From Prosthecobacter debontii (GTDB lineage Bacteria; Verrucomicrobiota; Verrucomicrobiia; Verrucomicrobiales; Akkermansiaceae): a DNA stretch of 64,000 nt. Positions within the stretch are counted from its first letter, which is position 1. Each line of letters opens with the position of its first letter. Below the pieces are notes generated by a model, which saw nothing but the letters and a program-made list of their open reading frames with translations, did not search any database and was not told where the DNA came from. The position numbers and the translations under genes were made by a program. Positions 57,394-64,000 of this stretch are shown here, in pieces. The stretch lies in assembly GCA_945869855.1 (NCBI GenBank), contig CAMBQC010000001.1, positions 4,849-68,848 on the forward strand. Reading direction: 5' to 3'.

Positions 57394-57409
57394 GTGACGA
57401 TTTGGTCAC
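57394..57409 (-). promoter_or_regulatory. GTGAC-N6-GTCAC box upstream of the GT4-phosphoesterase fusion
   Basis: GTGACgatttgGTCAC, about 75 nt upstream of the ATG. Confidence 0.6.
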
Positions 57410-57479
57410 AGAAAGATTCGCCACCACCTCAAAAAATGAAAAAATCTAACAGCAAAGATTTCCTTATGATCTGGAATCA

Positions 57480-57534
57480 ACTACTAAATATGCCGTAGTT
57501 TTTGCGTTGACGACACCATCTGTATGCATAGCCT
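57480..57534 (+). promoter_or_regulatory. nrdR promoter with an upstream 20-bp imperfect palindrome
   Basis: ACTAC-TAAATATGCC-GTAGT followed by TTGACG-N16-TAGCCT. Confidence 0.45.
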
Positions 57535-57561
57535 ATTCGCAATTGTTTCCGATTCCCACCC

Positions 57562-58053
57562 ATGCGTTGTGTCCAATGCGGCTCCCTGAAAGACAAAGTG
57601 CTCGATTCACGCTCCTCGAAAGATGGAACGACGATTCGGCGGCGCAGGGAATGCCTGAAATGCACTTACCGGTATACAACCTACGAGCAGATCGAGCGCA
57701 CAGAGCTGCGGGTGGTGAAAAGGGATGGCACGCGGGAATCGCTGAATCGCGAGAAGCTGATGGGCGGCTTGATCAAGGCTTGCGAGAAACGGCCGGTTTC
57801 GATGGAGCGCCTCGACCGAGCTGTGGAGGAAATCCTCACCGACCTGCACAAGGATCACCTCAGCGAGGTGCCTTCCGCATCCATCGGGGCGAAGGTGATG
57901 GACAAGCTCCACCAAATCGATCCTGTGGCCTACGTCCGCTACGTTTCGGTTTACCGGCAGTTCGAAAACGTCAACGAGTTCATCGCCGAGATCCAATCCC
58001 TCTCACGCCGCGCCGCACGCGATACCTTCCAGCGCCGCCTCTTCAAGGAATGA
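57562..58053 (+). CDS. nrdR: transcriptional repressor NrdR
   Basis: MRCxxC..VLDSR..IRRRRECxxC..TTYE zinc ribbon, ATP cone, VAYVRYVSVYR. Confidence 0.96.
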   Translation: MRCVQCGSLKDKVLDSRSSKDGTTIRRRRECLKCTYRYTTYEQIERTELRVVKRDGTRESLNREKLMGGLIKACEKRPVSMERLDRAVEEILTDLHKDHLSEVPSASIGAKVMDKLHQIDPVAYVRYVSVYRQFENVNEFIAEIQSLSRRAARDTFQRRLFKE

Positions 58054-58078
58054 GCCGACACCTTCAAAACGACCCTTC

Positions 58079-58615
58079 GTGATCTCCTTCATCGGCAACC
58101 GTCCCGTGATTCAGATCGGCTCCCACCAGGTGTTCGATTATGATACCGCGTGGCTGGAAGACGCGCTGCACCGCGCCGCCCGCGCCGCCGATCATGAGGA
58201 TTTCCCGCTAGTCGCGGAGATCCGCAACGGCGTGGAGCTTTATCTTGAGAACCAATGTCAGCTGCGTTTGCTGCACCTTGGGGATCTCTTCGAGCGCATG
58301 CGAAAAATGCTGGTGAAAATCGGTTGCGAACGCATCGCGGAAAAGCTGGAGCTACTCGCCCCGCCGCTCACCGTCTCATTGATCGAGGCCGCGCGCTCCG
58401 CGGGCAACGGCTTCGAGCTGGCATTTTTCGAAACGATCCGCACCGAACTCTCCCAGCTTCGTAAAGCGGGTGCGGAGGACATCCGCTTCACCGGCCTACG
58501 CGAAAGCACCATGATCTTGCGCGGAAAATCCAAGTGGAACCGCCAATGCGACGCGCTGCTTGCCGAGATCACCGCGTTCCTCAAGACTGCGGGCACCCAG
58601 CGCATCGGGGTGTAG
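58079..58615 (+). CDS. hypothetical helical protein downstream of nrdR
   Basis: 178-aa ORF with coding-like codon usage, 25 nt after nrdR. Confidence 0.65.
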   Translation: MISFIGNRPVIQIGSHQVFDYDTAWLEDALHRAARAADHEDFPLVAEIRNGVELYLENQCQLRLLHLGDLFERMRKMLVKIGCERIAEKLELLAPPLTVSLIEAARSAGNGFELAFFETIRTELSQLRKAGAEDIRFTGLRESTMILRGKSKWNRQCDALLAEITAFLKTAGTQRIGV

Positions 58616-58638
58616 CAGTCCAAGATCCCCGGTAGCGC

Positions 58639-59250
58639 TCACCCTTGCTCTGAAAAACGCGCATCTAGAAAATCCAGAAGATCCGCCCTCGTATCGAAGC
58701 CGCATCTCGCCTTGCGGCTCGGGTCGGGCGGCGTTTCCCATTTCGCCGTGTAGCTCACCACATCAATAATTCGTGAAGGAATGCCTAGATCACGTGCTTC
58801 CTTTACTGTTTCTCCTGTGCAAGCCACTCCTACTTGCGGCTCGCCGCTCCATACGAACAGGAATGCATCCGCCCATTCAAGCAACTGCTGAGTGACCAAA
58901 TGATGAGCATCTAAAGCTAGATGTCTGCTGGGAACGACATACTTTGCGAGAGCCACGCTGCATAGCCGCCGCGTCATTGCCCATTCTTCAGCATCCTCAT
59001 CATCGTTGGCAAACCGCGCCTCCGAAACCGGCAGGATCACGATAGTGGGAATGCGAAGTTCCACACAGGTTTTCAGGAAAACCCCATCAGCGCCCGCCGC
59101 TGCGCTGGTGATTGCAATCATCTTTTTTCCTAGCAAGTCCCTCATCGCTATAACCTCGCGACGCATCACCACACGCAAGCGATCCGGATCTATCACATCC
59201 CGTTGACCGGCGAATCCGAGCAGCTTTGGTTGCTTCGTCGCATCATTCAT
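58639..59250 (-). CDS. divergent SLOG/YspA-like Rossmann protein
   Basis: GFAGQR, SAAAGAD, VILP, FVWSG..G...TGETV..AR..GIP pattern. Confidence 0.55.
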   Translation of the reverse strand: MNDATKQPKLLGFAGQRDVIDPDRLRVVMRREVIAMRDLLGKKMIAITSAAAGADGVFLKTCVELRIPTIVILPVSEARFANDDEDAEEWAMTRRLCSVALAKYVVPSRHLALDAHHLVTQQLLEWADAFLFVWSGEPQVGVACTGETVKEARDLGIPSRIIDVVSYTAKWETPPDPSRKARCGFDTRADLLDFLDARFSEQG

Positions 59251-59292
59251 CTTATGAAAGCACTGGAAATTTTGACGAACATACTCGCGATT

Positions 59293-60615
59293 TCAGAAAT
59301 CCAGATAAATTTCCGTGCGACGGTTGGCGCGGCGGCCGTCGGGATTGTCCTCGCCGGTTTCTGTGGCGTTGGGGCGGCGGGGCTGGGATGCGCCTTTGGC
59401 GATTGTGTCGATTTGTGTGGTGGAAACTCCGGCGATTGCGAGGAAATCGCGAACTGTGGCAGCGCGGTTGGCAGAAAGACGGTTGTTATAATCCTCAGTG
59501 CCTAGGGCGTCGGTGTGGCCACTGAGTGTTATCTTCTTGTTGGGGTCGCCCTTGAGCATGGTAGCGACGATCTCGAGCTGGCGGCGGGTGCGGTCACTCA
59601 TTACGTCCTCATCGAAGCCGAAGTAGAGGGCAAGGGTCTCCCCGCCGGCGGGGTTTTTTACAAGAGGAGAATAGTAGACATCACCGCCTGCAATGCGTTG
59701 CGCGTAATCGGCTAGCAAACCGTCTAGGTTGATCTCAGCAACAAGCCAATTTGATGGCGGCGCGGACTGGCGGAGGTTTAGGGTGAACTCAGCGCTCTGT
59801 GTCCCATCAATAGCAACAGCGGTGGCAAGGTATCCCACGGTGGCGCCGCGATTGAACATAGCGCGTAGGGGTTTAGTCGTTCGCATGCTGTATTTGCTTT
59901 CCTCAAATAGGATGCAGAGCGCGGCGATCTTGGTATCGGAAACGCCGGCGGGATCAACAAAATTACGGGCGGACTCGAAGTCTTGCTTTAGTACGGCTTG
60001 CAGAAATGCGTCGGCTACTCCGAGCGAATCGGTGAGGATTGCCTTAGGTATGGGCTCTCCGGGAGCGGGCGGTAAAATGAGTTTCTCGATCATCCATTTG
60101 CCATTCTCGTTGCGAAGGTCAAAGAGGATGCGGTCTCGTCCAGATTCGCGCTCCTCGAGTTCGAGCGCCCAGCGAGCAAGGCGATTGAGCTCTAGCTCGC
60201 CGATCTCACGGATGCCGCTTGGTTGCCGGACTCGAAAAGAACTGTCTCTCGCTAGGGCGGTAAGTTTGGCAAAATTTTGGGCATCATGAGCTTGTTTTCC
60301 GATGAGTTGAGACACAGTATTCATGTCGCCTTTTTCCAAAGCCTTACCGATCAGAGCGATTAGTTTTTCAGGATCTTCGGAAGCGAGGCCCTTACCGAGA
60401 TCTTTCATTATCTCATCCGGCGTCTCAGGTGGTGCCGGTTCGTTGAGCGTCTTAATAGTTTCGTGTGCTACTACGGTTTTCTCAGCAAGTTTTTTCTCGA
60501 GCATGCCCGAGACGGGCTTTTTCACACCAGCATTCATTAGTAGCAATGCGAGTGCGCCTGTGGCGAGAACTGCTGCTAATCCTAGAAAGAAGTGAGGAAT
60601 TGTGTTCGGGCGCAT
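59293..60615 (-). CDS. membrane-anchored OmpA-family peptidoglycan-binding protein
   Basis: N-terminal TM; C-terminal LYFGFD, GHTDALG...N..LS..RA, NRRTEI. Confidence 0.88.
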   Translation of the reverse strand: MRPNTIPHFFLGLAAVLATGALALLLMNAGVKKPVSGMLEKKLAEKTVVAHETIKTLNEPAPPETPDEIMKDLGKGLASEDPEKLIALIGKALEKGDMNTVSQLIGKQAHDAQNFAKLTALARDSSFRVRQPSGIREIGELELNRLARWALELEERESGRDRILFDLRNENGKWMIEKLILPPAPGEPIPKAILTDSLGVADAFLQAVLKQDFESARNFVDPAGVSDTKIAALCILFEESKYSMRTTKPLRAMFNRGATVGYLATAVAIDGTQSAEFTLNLRQSAPPSNWLVAEINLDGLLADYAQRIAGGDVYYSPLVKNPAGGETLALYFGFDEDVMSDRTRRQLEIVATMLKGDPNKKITLSGHTDALGTEDYNNRLSANRAATVRDFLAIAGVSTTQIDTIAKGASQPRRPNATETGEDNPDGRRANRRTEIYLDF

Positions 60616-60651
60616 TTAATAGGTAATTTTTAATTTAAAAAAAATGGGAAA

Positions 60652-62142
60652 TCAAAGCTTGGGCAAATTGATATGAAGGGAAATACCAGCACGCACGATG
60701 CCGAGGCTGGTGGATCGCATAGCAGCAGACACAACGAGATGATAGTAAAATTCATTAGAGCTGGAGATACGGGAATTGTTAAGGCTCACGATAAGATCAC
60801 CGGGCTCCAGTATGCCGTTGGCCTTGCTCGTCACGAGGATTCTAGTGACAAGCACGCCCGTTCCATTCAAGGCGCGTTCGGTGTCAGTGAGATCCCTGAC
60901 CTCAACCCCAATTCCACGCAGTATCTCGATATTGTCCTTGGCCTTCTGATCCATAGAAATTTCATACACGGGCGGGGAGATAGCCTCGGTGATTGTCGCT
61001 TCCAATGTGACAAGTCTGTCTTTTCTCCAGACATCTAATTTGACTTTTTTGCCGATGATAGAACTCTGTACTAGCGAAATTAAGTGAGTTGTGTCTTTTA
61101 CGGGCTCGCCGTCATATGAAACGACAACGTCGCTTGACTTTAGCCCTGCCACTTCGGCAGGTGCTCCTGGTGTGGTGTTAAGCACGACACTACCGTCGTT
61201 TCTTACGTAGCCGAGTTTTTGGCGAACAGCGGGATTGAGATCGCTCATTTGCACCCCTAGATATCCACGAATGGGACGACCACGTTGGATGATTTGTTCT
61301 AATGCTTCACGGACTTCGTTAGACGGGATGGAGAAACCGACTCCCTGAAAGCTAGGGTTGTTGCGATCACGGCTGTAAATTGCTACGTTAATGCCGATAA
61401 TTTCACCGTTTACGTTGACGAGCGGGCCACCAGAGTTGCCGGGATTAATGGCGGCATCTGTCTGGAAAAGATCGCGCTGGTTATCAGAAAGTGAGCGTTC
61501 CTTGGCAGAGATGATACCTTGTGTAACAGTTTCACCAAGGCCGAAGGGGTTGCCGATGGCGAAAACTAATTGGCCAACTTCAACTTTTGACGAATCACCA
61601 AGTTTGAGTGGCACAAAAGTTTCATTCGAAGCGATTTTGATCACAGCGATATCAAGCAGCGGATCCTCACCTACCATGGTCGCGTTGTAGCTTTTTCCAT
61701 CGTGCAGAGTGATGCTGATTTTCTCTTGTCCGGCGATCACATGATGGTTCGTAATCACATGGCCTTCCTTGCTGATGATCACGCCCGATCCCTGTCCTTT
61801 CGTAGGATAGCTGCGAACGAAGTTATGTCCGAAGAAATTCATCTCCTTCTCAATGCGAACCCCTGCCGTATTGATACTCACCACGGAAGGCACTACTGCC
61901 TGAGTAAGGCGAGCGTATTCTTGGTTGAGACGGGAGATCATTTCCACGTCGCTTAGGTTGAGAGCGGATTTTTCTGAAGGAGTGAATCCTTCGGATAGGT
62001 TCGTTCCGGATTTCCCCAGAAACGAAGGAATTAAACTGCTGAAATCACCTCCACTGCACCACGTCTTCAACACCGTGATTAGGAGGAAAAAAAAGACGGA
62101 TACGAGAAGCAGCAAAAAGAAGCGTTTGAAGGCAGGAAACAT
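60652..62142 (-). CDS. HtrA/DegP-like serine protease with two PDZ domains
   Basis: GSGVII, TNHHV, DIAVIKI, QTDAAINPGNSGGPL, GYLGV; N-terminal TM; start MFPAFK. Confidence 0.92.
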   Translation of the reverse strand: MFPAFKRFFLLLLVSVFFFLLITVLKTWCSGGDFSSLIPSFLGKSGTNLSEGFTPSEKSALNLSDVEMISRLNQEYARLTQAVVPSVVSINTAGVRIEKEMNFFGHNFVRSYPTKGQGSGVIISKEGHVITNHHVIAGQEKISITLHDGKSYNATMVGEDPLLDIAVIKIASNETFVPLKLGDSSKVEVGQLVFAIGNPFGLGETVTQGIISAKERSLSDNQRDLFQTDAAINPGNSGGPLVNVNGEIIGINVAIYSRDRNNPSFQGVGFSIPSNEVREALEQIIQRGRPIRGYLGVQMSDLNPAVRQKLGYVRNDGSVVLNTTPGAPAEVAGLKSSDVVVSYDGEPVKDTTHLISLVQSSIIGKKVKLDVWRKDRLVTLEATITEAISPPVYEISMDQKAKDNIEILRGIGVEVRDLTDTERALNGTGVLVTRILVTSKANGILEPGDLIVSLNNSRISSSNEFYYHLVVSAAMRSTSLGIVRAGISLHINLPKL

Positions 62143-62455
62143 GGGCAGGTGGACTCCGTAAAAGATGGCACAACTGCCTGCGTTTCCAAGCGCCAAAGGA
62201 CACCAGTTTTACTTTGGATGAAGGATATTTAATTTTTGACCTCATAAGATATCAGTCATAAGTGTGTTCATAAGTCGCTGAAATGGTTGTTCTACGCTTT
62301 GGAATCAAGTGTTCCATGCGATGGATAACTTTGCGGTAAAAGCGGGCGACCATGCCCTAACTGACGGTGATACGTATATCTGAAATAGATATCGTTGTAA
62401 AATCACAAGGTTTTGGGGCTTTATTCACAGCTTGTTCGATAAGATAATCGGCGAG

Positions 62456-63097
62456 TTGAAACGAGTTGTCATTACCGGAGGAACAGGGGCGTTGGGAAAA
62501 GCGATTGCCCTTATTTTCGCAGATAATGACTGGGAGGTGGTGGCGCTCGGGCGGAGTGATCTCGATCTAACGGACAGGAGGGAAGTGACACGGTTTTTTG
62601 AAACAAATCCTTGTGATCTCTTGGTCTGTTGCGCGGGGATGATCCGTGACGTGCCGATTTCTCGTATGAACGATGACGATTGGGATCATGTTTTCACAGT
62701 AAATTTCAAGGCTGCAGCTCTTTGTGCGGCATCATCCGTATCTAGCATGCTCGCTAAAAAGCGCGGACATGTAGTTTTCGTTTCGAGCTACGCAGCGCTT
62801 CGTCCTGCTATGGGTCAAGCGGCATACGCGACAGCGAAAGCTGCCTTGCACGGGCTGGCACAAGATATGGCAGCGAAATACGGTCATAGCAATTTGCGCT
62901 TCAACGTGGTGTTACCGGGTTTTCTAGAAACTCCGATGACCTCGGTAGTGTCGGATAAAAGAAAAGCGTCTATTCGTGCCGCTCATTGTTTGGGGCATTT
63001 CAATACACCAGAGGTAGCAGCCCGCTTTATTCGTTTTTTGGAGGAAGAGATGCCGTTCACTTCGGGACAGGTGTTTTCGTTGGATAGTCGCCTTTAA
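62456..63097 (+). CDS. SDR family oxidoreductase (FabG-like)
   Basis: TGGTGALG, AGMIRD, VSS, YATAK, PGFLETPM. Confidence 0.88.
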   Translation: MKRVVITGGTGALGKAIALIFADNDWEVVALGRSDLDLTDRREVTRFFETNPCDLLVCCAGMIRDVPISRMNDDDWDHVFTVNFKAAALCAASSVSSMLAKKRGHVVFVSSYAALRPAMGQAAYATAKAALHGLAQDMAAKYGHSNLRFNVVLPGFLETPMTSVVSDKRKASIRAAHCLGHFNTPEVAARFIRFLEEEMPFTSGQVFSLDSRL

Positions 63098-63183
63098 GAA
63101 CTGATTTGCTAAAAAATCGGCGATGTCCTTGACAGGCCTAGCGGGTTCATGGTTATTTTCCCGTCCACAGCTAACGCCACAAC

Positions 63184-63260
<77 letters not shown>

Positions 63261-63267
63261 TCTTTTT

Positions 63268-63304
63268 AAAGCCTTCCGATAACTACGGTTTCGGAAGGTT
63301 TTTT
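63268..63304 (+). terminator. intrinsic terminator after the tRNA
   Basis: GCCTTCCGA...TCGGAAGG-TTTTTT. Confidence 0.7.
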
Positions 63305-63314
63305 CGTTTCCTAT

Positions 63315-64000
63315 TCAGTCTAGTTTCGGCTTAATAACAGGAGGACCTGGTGGTAGGGGTTTGGCACCGGGCGGTGGTATTGGTGGTTCTTCTAGGCGTC
63401 TCACAGAGAGATCCGGAATGCCGATCGTTATGTTTGGTGAGCCGTTCACTTCCCAGCCAGCGGCGACGTTGGCGATTTCGGACAGCTCGCGGGCGGCGAG
63501 GTAGGTTTCGAAGGCGTTTGTGTGGACGCGGTAAAGCAGGACCGCATTGCGTGTTTGCCGAATGGTTTGGATGCCCTTCGCGAAATCGTCACTGGGGCTT
63601 CTGAGTTGAGTCAAGGGTGTGCCTCCTTTTGCGAGATCGGGCGTGATGACGAGCAGCATGTAATAACCAGTTGGCACCACGCGGATCTCAATTTTCTGCC
63701 CGCGCGTATCACCCCAGTTGAAATCTTTGAAGTGCGCAGCTATCTTATTCGGGTCGTAAATAAAACGATCCACTTTGCCTTTCAGCTTGATGCGCTCATG
63801 GATCAGATCAGATTTTTTTCGTTCGAACTCGCGGCGGAAAACGGCGAGCACGCCTTGGGTGTTGATCACATGGACGCGGTCACCGCTGACGATCCCGTGA
63901 AAGGTAGCGGCATTCTCGGGTATAGGGCGGCTGTTGGGGATGTTGACGACGGTAGCGGTGTCGGCTTTGAGTGCGGGTGTGCTATCGAGCAAGGCCTCAA
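63315..64000 (-). CDS. hypothetical protein, C-terminal part (start lies beyond the window)
   Basis: Frame is open to the window edge; YRVH..AFETYLAAR......AGWE segment and a Pro-rich tail. Confidence 0.6.
   Translation of the reverse strand, partial: EALLDSTPALKADTATVVNIPNSRPIPENAATFHGIVSGDRVHVINTQGVLAVFRREFERKKSDLIHERIKLKGKVDRFIYDPNKIAAHFKDFNWGDTRGQKIEIRVVPTGYYMLLVITPDLAKGGTPLTQLRSPSDDFAKGIQTIRQTRNAVLLYRVHTNAFETYLAARELSEIANVAAGWEVNGSPNITIGIPDLSVRRLEEPPIPPPGAKPLPPGPPVIKPKLD

Noticed and set aside
62237-62265. CATAA-GATATC resembling a dif site
   Set aside because: No XerD arm (TTATGTTAAAT) follows the spacer.

Overview
GC-rich bacterial chromosomal window. Gene content and protein styles suggest a Verrucomicrobiales member (inference). 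It is mostly core housekeeping: lptB, yebC, dnaN, pdhA/pdhB/lpdA, pyrF, ribD, rpmJ, accD, ileS-lspA, plsX-rpmF-yceD, dapB, ftsK, nrdR, htrA and tRNA-Arg(ACG). The most interesting block is a phosphate-starvation locus (45.2-57.4 kb): pstSCAB-pstB-phoU, an OprO/P-like porin, and a single ORF fusing an Agt-like GT4 glycosyltransferase to a PlcP-like metallophosphoesterase, a candidate one-polypeptide lipid-remodelling enzyme. A shared GTG(A/G)C-N6-GTCAC box lies upstream of pstS, pstC and this fusion. A small-ORF plus nucleotidyltransferase cassette (possible toxin-antitoxin) is inserted in the locus. Other accessory elements are an AbrB/Doc TA pair and an internally deleted TM2 gene inside the PDH cluster, a trimeric autotransporter adhesin with a polar-core stalk next to a LuxR-type regulator, a DUF1080/Gfo-Idh-MocA/MFS glycoside cluster, and IS630 and vapC remnants. 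At least six families of short REP/MITE/heptamer repeats are present, some of which have invaded coding sequence. No CRISPR array, rRNA or intact transposase was seen. All calls come from reading the sequence; no database searches were run.
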